The position numbers were made by a program, and so were the translations under genes. From the human T2T-CHM13v2.0 reference genome, Homo sapiens, in NCBI RefSeq assembly GCF_009914755.1, contig NC_060925.1: DNA of 64,000 nucleotides; one strand, given 5' to 3'. Below the pieces are notes generated by a model. It saw nothing but the letters and a program-made list of their open reading frames with translations. It did not search any database and was not told the origin of the DNA. Positions 39,012-56,625 of the stretch are shown here, one piece after another. Position 1 is the first letter of the stretch, and each line of letters opens with the position of its first letter.

Positions 39012-41046
39012 GCATTCATTAAAAAATAGAATTGTTACACAAAATTTATTCTTAATTGTGACAAATATTACAAAGCAAAAGCAATTAGCATTCATTACAT
39101 TCATTCATTTATCAAATGTATATGTCAGGGAATATCCAGGGTGAAAAAAAAAACCATGAATATTACAGTTCTTCTATCAATAGCCTAACTTGTTATCTCT
39201 AGGAAGATAGATAAATAAAAACACAGTTAAAGATGATGAGGATAAAATAGAGACCAATAGATAGTAATACAGCATTCTAGAGGAGAGGCTAAGATTCTAC
39301 CTGGGCAAGCATAAATGAAGGCTTCTCAGAGGAGTTTACATTCTGTGTGGTTATGGCAGAATAAACAGAATACGGCTGATAGAAAAGTTAGAGAAAAGGA
39401 ATCTAAGTAGAGGATACTTTTAAAAAGGCAGTGGTGTACAAAGAATGATATATTCTTTAAAAAACTTGTTGTTTCAATCACAACATAGGTGGGAACTATT
39501 GTATAAAATGCAGAGCTGAAAATAAGTCCTCCTTGTCCTTTTGGAGCTCAAAGTCTAGAAGTTGAAGGAAAAAAAGTACAAATAAGTATATGTTATAAAG
39601 TGTTTATTGTATTAGAATCCTATGCCACATCTATAATCTGATTTCAAAATATCAGAAAATTATTACTTTTAAATGTAAGAAAATGATCACATAAATATCC
39701 ATCAAATTAGTGTGGGAAAAGAGCAAGAGGGAATAATGATCTACTTAAATATTTAAAATATAATCTTTAACACCTTTATAATTTAAACAGTTGGGAACTG
39801 GTGAATGAATGGACAATTGTAGGCCTATGAATAAAAATAAATGAAGTAATTGAAATGTGGTACTTCAAATCAGTGGGGAAAAGTGTGTTTTAATGACAGA
39901 TGCTTAGAAAAAAATAATAAATCTGAACCCTTACTTTGAGGGACCAGTGAGACTCCTCCCCCTTCCTTCTGAATTTCTCTAAGCACTTCTTGCCTCTCAA
40001 CACCTCCTTACAGTCATTAATAGATTTGACAGGAAGAACTGGGTTGAGCTCCACCTATTACTCTTTTCTTTCTCCTTGGAATTGGCTTGCCTGCAGAAAG
40101 CATGCAATTGATCTACTCTCAAATATGCAGTAAACTGGTAGTAACTGCCTTCTCCCTCCAGTAGGCACCTATATTGTCTTGTGCTTCCTGTGACTGGGTG
40201 GGTGAGGCTACCTGAAAGATCAACGAGGTCTGGTATTTAGCTTAAGGAAAGAAAAAAAAATAGACTTCTAGTGTTGTTAGAGTGAATGCTTTCAAGCTTT
40301 GCTGAGGCTTGACAAAGTACAGAGCGTGTGGGTTTGTGACTCTAGCAGGTGTTGCTGGTGTATATCATGCTGTATTTTTCCAGGTATACCGATGGCTGCA
40401 GCCTGAGCCAGTGACTTTAAGCCTTGGACATCAAGCAGGCAAACCAGGCAAGATTTTGACCTTGCTGCATTACTGCAGGTATGGCAGGTTTGCCCAGAGG
40501 TGAGTGGCTGCTTTTATATAGGAAGGATTGTGGGCAAGTGGCCTTAACTAAAAAGCATGCAGGGCTCACAGACCCTAAGCTGCTGCAGCTTATCCTCTTG
40601 TCCCCAAAGGGGCAGTCTGCTCTGCCTATTGCTGGAGAGGCTGACATAGAATTCAATTTATTTTCATGCACTGGGAGGCAGCATCATAGTTCCTACTTTT
40701 AATTGCAAAGAAGCTGGTGTCCCTGTGAACTAGTGAATTTCTGATTTGAAATTGTTGGTGTTAGCCCTAAAGAGTGTTAGAAAACTGCTCCAAATCCCAT
40801 CCTACACCCATAGTCCCATGGAGGGACAAATCTCGGATTCATGTGGCTGGTTCAGACGCTCCAGTATGATGCCCCTAGCATGTGGTCTCCAACTGGTCTG
40901 GATTAGTTAATAACGCAAGCTCTGACCATGGCTTTAGGGTTACCAAATCCAATGTGTATGGAATCTTGCGGGCACATGGCAGAGGTATTGATTCTTTTCA
41001 GGCCCTCAGGGACACAGCTTCAGAAGCATCCATAGCAGCAACAATT

Positions 41047-41315
41047 GGCTGGCACAATGGCTCACATCCGTAATCCCAGCAGTTAGGGAGGCTAAGGCCA
41101 GTGGGTTGCTTGAGCCCAGGAGTTTGATACCAGCGTGGGCAACATAGTGAAACCCTGTCTCTACAAAAAAAAAAGAAAGAAATTAAAAATATTAGCCAGG
41201 TGTCGTGGCATGTGCCTACTCGGGAAGCTGAGGTTAAAGGATTGCTCGAGCGCAGGAGTTTGAGGCTGCAGTGATCTATGACTGCAGCACAAACAAACGA
41301 ACAAATAAATAAATT
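41047..41315 (+). mobile_element. AluJ-like, 3' end partly deleted
   Basis: TTGCTTGAGCCCAGGAGTTTGA and TTTGAGGCTGCAGTGA AluJ diagnostics. Confidence 0.88.
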
Positions 41316-42595
41316 TTTAAAAATAGCGTTAACAACTTAAGAATCTGAGGAAAGGATTTCTCCATTTAAACAAATGTAGGGATGAAGAGAAAACCTTCCT
41401 AGGAGATAGATTTCGGGAGATAGGTCCAAACAGGTGCATGCAAAAAGCAGTGACAATAGCCATGATGGCAAAAGTCTGCCAAAGCCTGCTCTTGAGGGTG
41501 TGTGGATAGATCCTACACCCACATTCAATTCAGTGTGAGGATACCAGAAACTCAGTGTTCAAAAGCAAAATGGAAATTAAGAGATTTTACACAGAGAAAT
41601 ATATTTTATTTCCCTAGAGATGAGAATTCCGTAATGTCAAAATTAACCTCTCGTAGAGGGATTTCTCTCCAGTAAGTTTTATTCCACCGGCCATTGATTC
41701 TGGCAAACTGCATAGAATCAGCCTAAAATCAAGATTTGTTTTTATCTATCCCCTTCACCTATATGCCACTGTGCTCCTGCTGCTGTTGTGGCCAACATTA
41801 AGTACAAGCAGGTGTCTAGGATCACAGTGCTGCCTGAGCTAATTCGTTAGGGGCTAGAGAGTCACTCATTTAAAATCTTGGAAAGGGGAGAACAGCTATA
41901 AAATCTTTCATGTCCTTCTTAAATCTTTCAGCTTCCTTAGCATAATGTCAGTGACTAAATAGTTAATTCTGAGACTCTGGAATAATCCCTCATTCCATTA
42001 AAATAATCCCCCATTCTCTTAAGAGACAGTCTAGAATGCAGCAGTTGAAGAAACCCCAAATCCACCCAACATGAATTTTCTAGCTGAGAGGGGGCAGAAT
42101 TAAATGTTTCAGAGGACAGATGGAAGACCTTTATTTCCTTGAACATTTTATTCATAAGACAAGATAATTTGATATCAGATTTGAATTCATTTTAGACTTT
42201 AATTTTGGATTTATAAAGACAGTTAATCTTTAGAATTAATTTCTCCCAGGAAATGTGGTAATATGACAAAGTTTACAGTAAAAATTTTTAGCATCTCAAG
42301 AATGTTTTCACTGATTATTAGAAGATCTTAATTTCATTGTTATGCTAACCACATGGGTAGTCATATTTTAGAAGAGAACATAAATCAAAAATAAACATTT
42401 GGCTTTGAATTTAACATTACCTTGGATTCAATTTAATTAATTACAATAGTGAGTCACTTCAGAGTCTTCCTGAGTAAAATGTGTACTGTCTACCAGGAGG
42501 ATCTAGAGAGGTGCAGTGGTTGGAATAGAAGGAGGGGCTTATGAAGGTAGAAGCCGAACTGCCTGACAGGCTGCGGACCTCTGTCTTTGAGGAAC

Positions 42596-43663
42596 TGATG
42601 GCAGAGGCCAGAAAGCCTGCTTTTGCCATCACCTGGCTGCAGTGGGGAGGCGCTGCCCAGGCTGCACGCTTCATGGAGCCAGCGGGAGCCCCGCCCCATC
42701 CAAGTTGGAGTGGGAACTTCCTGGGTGCCGTCACCCAAACTGTGGCTGCAGACCCAGGTCTCCTGCTCCAGGGACCAGGCTGGAGCCCTGCCCTCCTCGG
42801 AAGGGCTGCAGCTGCCCAAATTGCAGTTGTGGATCCAGCCTCTCTGTGCTCTTGGGGGCCTGGGGGAACCTGTGCTCTCGCAGGTTCAGAAGTGCCTGCT
42901 CCCGCTGCCTGGCTTATCCCTGCTGTTGGCACCTGCTGGATCTTAGGGCATTGTCCTGCTGCGCGTTGGGGGTGATGAACAGCAGCAGGAGGCAGACAGA
43001 TTTCCGGACAGAAGGGGCGGGTCCCTCATGAGGCTCCACCTTCAGGCCAGGGAGGGCCTGAGGCTAGGATCAGGCTGCCAGTCCCATGGACCAAAGTGGG
43101 AACTTGTGGTGCCTTTTCCAGGTCCCCCCATGGCTACTCATGGAGCAATTGGCATCCACTTCCTCCTCTCTGAGGCCCACAAAAGACCCGTGCTCAGCCA
43201 GAAGCAGATAATTGGGTGACCAGCTGCAGAGAGGAACTCTCTGCTGAGAACTTCAGAGACCTGCAGAGATGATGGGACTACCAGTTCCAGAGAGGAGCTA
43301 CCGTCTCCAGGGCTTCTCTACTGAGAACTGGACACTCGTTGGGGTGATCTGCCCGCGGAGAGGAGCCTTCTCCTGCTCACTCACTCCAGGGCCTCCACTC
43401 CTCCTCCTCCACTCACTCCAGGGCTTCCTCTCTGCTGAGACCTGAACGCTCAACAGGACAGCCTGCCTACAGAGAGAAGCTACCCATTGTGTGTCTCTTC
43501 TGAGCTGTTTCTAACACTCAGCAAAGCTCCTCTTCACCTTGCTCACCCTGCATTTGTCTGCATATCTCATTCTTCCTGGACACAGGACCAGAACTCAGGC
43601 AAAGGTGCCACCGGCCACAGAGGTTTCCGGCCAGAAAAGTGACACCCCGAGGATCCCATAACA
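42596..43663 (+). mobile_element. MER52-family (LTR1-related) ERV1 solo LTR, GC-rich
   Basis: TGATGGCAG start, GGCCACAGAGGTTTCCGGCCAGAAAAGTGACACCCC..CATAACA end; perfect 4-bp TSD GAAC. Confidence 0.85.
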
Positions 43664-44109
43664 GAACTTGCTCATGCTCCTGCTTGACCTATGCTTAATT
43701 GTTAAGTCCAATGTATTAAAAGCACAAAGTGTTTATGTTTGTGAAGAGGGTACACTTCATCTCTAATTTTCTAGTTTCCAGGAGGAGGGATTGTCCTTAA
43801 ACATTAATAACCTCTTGATTCCCTTCCTTGATTCCTCCCACCAAGATAGACTGAGTTATCTGCTGTTTTTGGTTTTTGTTTTCTTACTTAGGTAAACTTA
43901 AATTTTCCCAAATCTTAAACCAAGAGCATTTGTTCTTTTACCCTTACCTGCCCTCCACTAAGATAAGTGATTTGGGTGCTAGTGTCTGCTCTGAAGACCC
44001 AAAACTTCCCTCCAACTCTAAAGACTACCCTGCTAATACTACTCTAAAAGTTAGGCTGGGGAGAAGTCAGAGGCTCATTTAGGGCTTAGTAGTGACTAAT
44101 TATAATATT

Positions 44110-44490
44110 AATAATTTGCTATTGTCATAATAATGCCACCTAACAAACACTCCAAAATCAGTAGCATACAACAATAGGCATTTAGTCACTTGCTTGCAGG
44201 TCTGCAGATAGGCTAGTGAAGATATTCCATTCCATGTGTCTCATTTTGCACCCAGACAGGAGGTACAGCAAAATCCTGAAGTATATTTTCTCATAAGGAA
44301 AATCGGAAACTCCCAGATAGGGTAGTGAGAATAGTTGTTCATAAGGGTTAGGTTTGGCACACTCTCACTCTCATCTACTGGGCAGAAGTCCACAGGCCAG
44401 GGCAATATCTGGGCTTAAGGTAGTATCTGCTTCCATGGAGGTATTAGGTGTGGGTAGGGAATAAATATTTCTCAAACAATAGCATATCCC
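44110..44490 (-). mobile_element. Old MLT1 (H/I-like) LTR
   Basis: TAACAAACACTCCAAAATCAGTAGC..AACAATAGGCATTTA..GGTCTGCAG; diverged. Confidence 0.45.
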
Positions 44491-46679
44491 ACCTGGAAAT
44501 ATTAAGATATAAGTCACTATTTCTGATGCAATTAATATGAAAAATAATAATTTGTTGCAAAGCTTGCTTGCTTTTATATTTTCCTAAGCTGTGCACAATA
44601 AAAAGATCTTCTTTCTTCTTTTATACATGCCTTAGTTTAAGAAAGCTTAATTTGATTGAAATATGCCAGAAAGAACTAAGATAGTATATATATAACACAA
44701 TTGGGTGTAGAAGTCATAGCATTACATTTTTATCCTCTGAAATTCTCATAATTCTGCCCTCACTTTCTAGAGATCATTTGTTAATTTATGAAAAGGTAAT
44801 AATATAAGAAATCAATCACAAATTTATGCTGAATATTTTGCTCCTTCAAAAAGCTTATATATTTGTTACCGATTTGACTCTTACATCAATCCTATAAGTA
44901 TAGATACAGATATAAATATAGATAGAGAGACTGGAAATTTATATGTTTAAAAATAAAGGAAATCCAAGAAGTTCTGAAAATTTAAATGACCAAAGTCATT
45001 CCACTAGGCTTAAACTTAAAGCTTTTGGCTCTAATCCTACACTTTTCTTCTACTCAGCAATCTTTAAGACAACTCAATAGATCCAATAATAACAGGCACA
45101 AATTGTATACACATGAAGACTACTTACCGTAATATTGTAAAATTGTAAAAATTACTTTATTATTCATATAACTTTTCAAAGAAATAAAAATATATTCTAT
45201 ATTTCCAGTTGTGTTTTTCATTGAATTTTGCATGTATCATTTTTAGAAAATGTTTTGTGAAGTACTTTTGCTCTGAAAAATATAGAAATTGAACTTTGCA
45301 TCCCTCTATTGAATCCTTTACTCATCTGTATCTTTACCTTGATTCCTCTTTCTATATCTCTACTCCTCCCCCTACCCATATGTATACCAGTGTAGTCTAT
45401 GGTTTTATTTGCTAAGAAGATTGTGGAGTACCTGGAGTGGTAACTGTCTATTCAAAATATTAATGGATTAAAAGTGGGGACTTCGCAGTTCTAAATTTCT
45501 TTTAAAAAGAGACTGTAGAGAAATGAGAGCAGTTTGGCAACAAGTCAGAAAACCCAGGTAGTAAGTGAATCATTTCAGTAAAAATCAGTAAATGGCAATT
45601 TTTTTGAAGTGTGGTTTCCTGTAACATAGAAGTCTTGGTGGCAAATATTGTAAGGTGAAGTGGCAGGATGAATGCAAACGAGTGGTGAGTGGCTATGGAA
45701 AACAACACTTCTGAAATCATCACCATCTGCTTTTGAAATGAGGGACAAATAAGGTGATTCTTTGTTTTGAAAAACAGAATTGTAAGCAGTTTTTTAAAGA
45801 CTCTGCCCCAACTAATATTCCCCACTGCAGCTTCCCCTGAACCTGGGACTTCTGAAGATCACGGATTTGAGAATGTTTGACATTTAAGCCATTCTTGGAC
45901 CAAAGCTTTTGTACTAAATCAGTTCTATGTTGAGGATAGAAAAAGTGAAACAAAAGCAAAAAACTAGGAATCCTCTTATTGTTCACCTTCACAAAATAAG
46001 TATTTAAGCCAAGAAATGGGATAAATCTTTTTTAAAGGTTGTCATATTTTAAAATTTGAATAACTACATTAATAAGCCTCAGCACAATAGCTTATGACTA
46101 CCACCACAACAACCCATTAAAACCAAGCAGTGCAAGTTGTAATATGCTGTCTTTTAAATTGAGTGGGTTATACCGTATTTTTTAAAACTGATTATGTTTT
46201 TATGTAATTTATAATAAAATGTTCTTTAATCCAGTTTTAATACAATTTTCTAAAGTACAACAGCCCTCCCTAACCATGGTGCTTTTCATTACAGATGCAT
46301 GCCTAAAAGGAATCTGCCCCAAGAGAAATTATGTCTCTTATCTACCTCCTTCTAATAAAGAAAACCCTGCACTTACGAAGTAAAAAGTAAATTTCAAAAT
46401 ACCACTAGGTGATTTCTGACATCTCAGCCATTTTCACACCGTAAACGCTGTGCATCCTTATCAATAGGACAGATCAGAGCCTGGAAAATAATGCAAACTA
46501 GATTGCAGGAGTCAGATTTATGGAAATTGCATTGTGGGTCAATCATCTCTTCCTGCATCTAGCAAGAAATAGAAGGAAATACTCAGAGCTAAACTGGATT
46601 TCCTGGAATGGAATGGAAAAAAAGGAAAAATGTAATAACAAATATGTGTATTACAGTTTACAGAAATAATCTGTACAAC

Positions 46680-47285
46680 AGCATTGTATTTCACCTGGAT
46701 GGTTGCAATAACTTTCCAACTGGTCCCTCCACTTGTACTAATGACCCCATGCTGTCTATTCTCCATAGAACAACCTTAGTGGTTTCTTTAAAATATGTCA
46801 TTTTATGTCACTTCTCTGCTCAAAACCCTTCAATGATTTCCCATGTCTCTCATGATAATATCCAAAATCCTCACCACAACCTATAAACTGTACTTGGTCT
46901 GTCCTCCCAGCCCCAGATCAACTTCTTTTCTGATGCCATTTTCATCCTTTGGTCACTCTGCTTCAGATATCCTGGCTTCTTAGATTATACAAAGTAATCT
47001 CCCATTTCAGAGTGTTTGTATTTGCTATTCCTTTTGCTTGAACTATTCTTACCTTAGAAAACTGCACGACTTGGTGCATCACTTCATTCGAGTCTTTGCT
47101 CAAATGCTAACCTTTTAGGGGCCCTCTCCAACTACTATTTGTAAAAGGACATACACGACTCCACTGGCCTTCAGAACCAAACCACCATTACTCTTTTTCA
47201 TTTTATTGTCCTTATCACCAAGTAGCATGGTTTACATTTTCTATTATCCCTATTTCCCTCCTGGATGTAAACTCTACAATGGCAG
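46680..47285 (+). mobile_element. L2 fragment
   Basis: TCACCTGGAT..GCAATAAC..CTGGTC, ATGTCACTTCTCTGCTCAAAACCCTTCAATG L2 motifs. Confidence 0.7.
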
Positions 47286-47898
47286 CCTAGTTAATAAAAA
47301 TCAGCAACAGTCACAAGATCTCTTTGTACATAAGAAAAGTGAAGTTTATAAGCATAAATAGCTTACCAATATCACAATTACATAGCACAATCATAATGGA
47401 ACCCTGGTTTTCAGACTTCAGGCCCTACTCACTTTTCTTTTCTTTAACCTCCAGTTATTGTTCTTGAAAAGGAAAAGCATTAATAAAATGGTGGGACATA
47501 GAAAATGTGATTTGGTGATGCTGTAGGAAAGTTCTTTACATCACTACCTCATCTGTGTGATTGAATTTCATTCACAGTCTCCTTTTACCTGGAGTTGAGT
47601 TTCCTCTTTTTGTCATCTATTTGAACCCCTTTCAATGCTTCCCCTTTTGTAAAAACTTCTGCAACCTTCCTGTTTATTGCAATCGATTGACTATTATTTT
47701 TAGCAGCAGAGCCCTTTCTTTAAGCTAAGCCTGAAGCAGAAAACAAAAAGCAAAACAAACAAAAATGGAACTTCTCTGCAGAAGCAGGTTTGCAGGATTT
47801 GTTGTGCATCATCGGATCTTTACCATGACTTAGGTACCACCCAGACTTAGAGCAGGGAGAAAAGAAATAATCCAGGTCTTTCTCTTGAGTTAAAGAGA

Positions 47899-48292
47899 TG
47901 TATTAGTCCATTCTCAGACTGCTGTAAAGAAATACCTGAGATTGGGTAATTTATAAAGAAAAGGGGTTTAATTGGCTCATGGTTCCACAGGCAGCACAGG
48001 AAGTATAGCGAAGGAGGCCTGGGGAAACTCACAATCATGGTAGAAGGCGAAGGGGAACCAGGCACGTCTTACACGGCCAGAGCGAAAGGAAGAGAGGGTG
48101 GGGGGGATGGTGCTAAACACTTTTAAACAACCAGATCTCATGAGAACTAACTCACTCACTCACTATTACAAGAACAGCAAAGGGGAAATCCACCCTCATG
48201 ATCCAATCACCTCCCACCAGGCCCCTCTTTCAACATTAGGGATTACAATTTGACATGAGATTTGGGCAGGGACACAAATCTAAATCATATCA
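47899..48292 (-). mobile_element. MSTA-like MaLR solo LTR
   Basis: TGTATTAGTCCATTCTC...CAATTTGACATGAGATTTGGGCAGGGACACA..ATATCA. Confidence 0.9.
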
Positions 48293-49116
48293 AGGAACAA
48301 GATATTCTCTAAGTTTGCAGGTTATCCAGCCTGGCTCATCTGGGTAGGTAATCAGGTTGTGCAGAAGAAATTAACATTTTCCACAGGAGTTCAGAGAGAT
48401 ATGAATATGATCAGTATTTCTATTAGGAGTCATATTTTTCAATCCAGAAATGTAATATCTGAAAGTTTGCACTAGTATTCTGTTTTTATTTTCCTATTTC
48501 TAAAATATACAGCTATAATACAGAGACTGCATAGCCAAAAGATGTAGAATTTCATTGCAATTCTGTATTTGTGATCAAGATTGCTAGCTGTGTAAAGCAG
48601 CTTTAATGGTATTTTATCTTGTTTTTCCCTATCTGACCTTTTAAGCTACTTAATTGTGAAACGTGGTTTGTCTGACCCTTGTAACATCACATCCTTTAAA
48701 CCAATATATTTCCCAATTGCACATGAAACAAACACAAATAGTAATAGATAACCTCTTGAGCTATTTATCCTATAGACATTATTTCTGCTTTACTGGAAAA
48801 TACAACTGTACTGAATGGAATATCCCCAGAATCCATGCATGTCTGTTTTCTTCCTCTAACACTCACCATAAATAACCAGTCTTTTGGTAGATACCTGGTC
48901 CAAACCAGGCAAATTAAATTTTCCCTAGGAATTTGAAATCTAAAAAGGAGAGACACTGGGCCTGCATCCTTGGATTTAAGTGATAAGATTGCTCAACTCT
49001 CTCTAAATTACTGAAGATGTCCAGTGTCTTGTCAATAAATTTTCTCTATCTCCTCCACATCCTCCCGTTTGTTTGCAAAAGTAATGGAGTAGTTGTTGGG
49101 AACTAAAATAAATTTC

Positions 49117-49190
49117 ATCTATCTATCTATCTGTCTATCTATCATCTATCTATCTATCTATATATCTATCTATCTATCTATCATCTATCT
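49117..49190. repeat. Interrupted (TCTA)n tetranucleotide microsatellite
   Basis: Direct reading. Confidence 0.95.
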
Positions 49191-49610
49191 TTATCCAATA
49201 AAGATATAGTCCAGTCTTCATACTTTGAAATGCTTTATTTTCTTATTGATAGCAGCGTTTAAATTTTACTTAGGATGAATATTATTCCACTCCAACTATA
49301 ACTCCCACTAGAGAAACAGATTCTTTTTTTCCCTATATACTAGACCAAATAAACATGTTTATAATAGACTGCCAGACAATACATAGACTCAGACAATAAA
49401 ACGCCAACACTCCTGATTAACCAGTAGCTTCTTGTTGGTACAGAGCATGATATAGAAACATTTTCTAGCATATGAGCCTCAGTTTCTCCACCTAAGAAAT
49501 GAGATAGATTCTGAATTTAAACTTACTACTGACAATTCAAACTGACTACTCAAAATAAATTTAGTAAAATTTATTCCCTGAATGTAAGAACCATGTATTA
49601 TACTTCTTTT

Positions 49611-49888
49611 TGTATGTATGTATGTATGTATGTATGTATGTATGTATGTATGTATGGGAGAGAGACAGAGTCTTGCTCTATTACCCAGGCACAAGCAATC
49701 CTCCTGCCTCAACCTCCTGAGTAACTGGGACCACAGGCATGCGCCACCATGCCCAACTGTCTTTGCATTTTTTGTAGAGATGTAGTGTTGCTCTGTTGCC
49801 CAGGTTGGTCTCAAACTTCTGACCTTGATCTGCCTGTCTTGGCCTCCCAAAGTGCTGGGATTACGGGCATGAGCCACCAAGCTTGGAC
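49611..49888 (-). mobile_element. AluJ-like with an internal deletion and a (TATG)n microsatellite tail (49612-49656)
   Basis: Reverse Alu; TSD TATTATA(C/T)TTCTTTT at 49596 and 49889. Confidence 0.88.
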
Positions 49889-50159
49889 TATTATATTTCT
49901 TTTAATCCTTATGATCCCTAGTATGTAGAAGGTGTTGAGTTATTATAATTCTGTTGAATGAATTTGAATATTTAAAACAATTGGGAGATTTAAATTAGTA
50001 CATTAAATTAGAATTTGTAGGTTAGATATAAATGTTAATTTTATGCTGGTGGAGCTTTCAAATTTTATATAGCAAAAGAATATACTTAAATGTTAAGCAT
50101 ATTCTGAATAAATATTTTTATACTTAAACATAAGTGTTAATTTTGAGAAGTAGTAGAAG

Positions 50160-50385
50160 ACATAACATCAACAGAAAGCAGATTGGTGAATGCCAGTGGC
50201 TGGGAAGAAGGAAGAGTGGGAGTAAATGCTTAATGGGTATGAGATTTTCTTTTGGGGTGACAAAAATGTTTTGAAACTTGATAGAGGTGATCATTGCACA
50301 ACATTGTGAATACAACAAATGCAACTTAATTCTACCCTTTAAAATGGTTAATTTTGTATTATGTGCATTTCATTTAAAAAAAATG
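50160..50385 (+). mobile_element. L1MB-type 3' end fragment
   Basis: TTTGGGGTGACAAAAATGTTTTGAAACTTGATAGAGGTGAT..TGCACAACATTGTGAAT. Confidence 0.75.
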
Positions 50386-50921
50386 TTATCAGGAAATAAT
50401 GTGAAAAAGTCAGACAGGAGGAAAGAATCTTTGCCTTCTTAAATTTTCATTATCTTGAGATTAATGTAAGAAAGCTGCAAATATGTGCCACTCATTGAAT
50501 AAAATTTCTCCCTTTGCTCTCTCCAAAGGATAAAGATGGCTTATAACGAGAGAAAAGAGCAGATGAGAGTTGAGGCAAACAGCATCATTTTCATTAATCA
50601 TAATTACTAGCTAAGAAGATTTTCATGGTCAGAATGTATTATGGATATGCTTTTGTGAGGAAAATTAACAAGATTAACTTGGTAAACTTATAGCAAGTAA
50701 ATATCTAACATCAGCCAAGTGTATAAAAGAGCTTCTATATATAGAGGATGTATCTGGCTTAAATGGAAAGCACTGTAAAATAAAGCCCTCAAAAATAAAG
50801 TAATACCTGGAATTATGGTGTGAGCTTTAAAACTTCATTTAATTTTAAAAGGTCACCGTGCAGTGACCAATACAATACATTGTTTTGGAAAGCATTGTGA
50901 CATTAATAAATGCCCTAACTC

Positions 50922-50988
50922 ACCTATGTAACAAACCTGCACATCCTGCGCATGTACTCTTGAACTTAAAATAATTTAAAAAAAGAAA
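50922..50988 (+). mobile_element. Very short L1PA 3'-terminal fragment
   Basis: ACCTATGTAACAAACCTGCACATCCTGCGCATGTAC..GAACTTAAAATAA plus A tail. Confidence 0.8.
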
Positions 50989-51339
50989 TCACAGAGAAAA
51001 GACCTTTTTTTGACAGAATATTTCCCAATTGCACATGAAACAAACACTTTAGACAGATTATTTTTTGGCAGAATATTTTGTCATTAAATAAAATCTTTAG
51101 CCCAGTTCTAAAGATTATACCATATGCCATTAGGGGATAATTTTATTCTTTCTTAAGGTAGAAGGTACTATAATAATAAACCAGTCTTTTTGTTATAGGA
51201 AAAGTCTAATGTGTGGTCATAATGCCAGTCTAAAAATTTTAAAGACTGATTTTTATAAATATTATTTTAAAATCCTTCCTGTCCGTACTCTTCATACTTT
51301 CTTATTTAAATTTGTTAAGAACGACAACAAAAATAAATG

Positions 51340-52210
51340 TCTCATCTTAGTGAAGGGAAACACCATCCTCTAAGGTATAGGTGTCAAAGATGATGACCAG
51401 CTCCCTGGTTTGTGACTACACAAACCAGGTTGTCATCAAACCAGGTAATCACAAATCAGGTAATCATCTTTGACACCTCTATCTTCCTAAAACCTTCATG
51501 CAATGTATCACCACATCTGGTTGACTTAACCATCTATCCATCTATGCATTTACGTAATATCAAATTTATCTACTTCTTAACAGCCTCAGCACCAGGATTC
51601 CATTCATCTACCAGAGGTCCTTGTACTATGCAAACCTCTTATCCCTATGAAACCTGCTTTACACTCTCCCAAACCTATTGAATATATACATGCTAGAAGA
51701 TCCTTAAAATATGAGAATCTGTTCATGACATTCCCTGTGTAGAATCCTTCACTGGCTTTTCACTACTCTTCACATGGTTATAAGAACCTATTAAACCAGC
51801 CTTTGCTTGACTCTCCTTCTCCAGCCAGGCATCTAGTACCTCCAGTCACAACAGCCTCCTCTCACTTCCTCAAGTACACCATGCTTCCAACAATCCAGAG
51901 GCTTCACCCATGATTCTCTGGAACCAATGCTTTTCCTTCCACCTCTATCCCCTATCTTCTCTTCTTCTCTTCATTCACATTCAATTCAAATGACACTTGA
52001 GCACAGAAGTTTTTCCTGATAGCAGATTAGACCAGGCCCCTCAAATGTTTTCATAACACATAGGAGTATTTATTTCATAACAATCATCACAGTTTTAAGT
52101 CACAGATTTTGTGTAAATATTTTATCTTTTACTATATCATAAGCTCCTTGAGAAGTGGGACCAGGTCTATTTTCCTCGCTACTATGTTCCAGTTACAAAG
52201 AATAAATGAA
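51340..52210 (+). mobile_element. L2 fragment
   Basis: Degenerate L2 3' motifs (AAGCTCCTTGAG..GGGACCAGGTCT, GAATAAATGAA); boundaries approximate. Confidence 0.55.
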
Positions 52211-52729
52211 TTTGCAGTTGTCAATAACTAAATTAGAAAAAGAATCTGGCAAAGTAACATTAGCTGTTATTTGACAACTAACACTAATACTAATCATCCT
52301 CTTCCCCCAGTTGTTATTGATGAGATTATCAAATTAACACTTAAATGTACTATAATTAATTTGTGATTTTAGCAATACTTCTAGTTAGCTTGCAAGTTTC
52401 TTAGAGAAATAAATATGTCTAATATATCTTCTGTATTCCTCTGGCATCTCACATTGTGAAGAGCACATAGAAGGTACTTAATAAATACTACCTGATTAAT
52501 ATCTTTCATTTTTTTATTTTTTATTATACTTTAAGTTCTGGGGTACATGTGCAGAACTTGCAGTTTTGTTGCATAGGTATACACGTGCCATGGTGATTTG
52601 CTGCACCCATCAAACCTTCACCTACATTAGGTATTTCTCCTGATGCTATCCCTCCCCTACCTCCCCACACCCTGACAGGCCCTAGTGTGTGATGTTCCCC
52701 CTCCCTGTGTCCATCTGTTCTCCTTGCTC

Positions 52730-56625
<3,896 letters not shown>

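Noticed and set aside
42459-43219. Overlapping 107-157 aa ORFs on both strands
   Set aside because: They lie almost entirely within a GC-rich MER52-type LTR where stop codons are rare; no recognisable domain.
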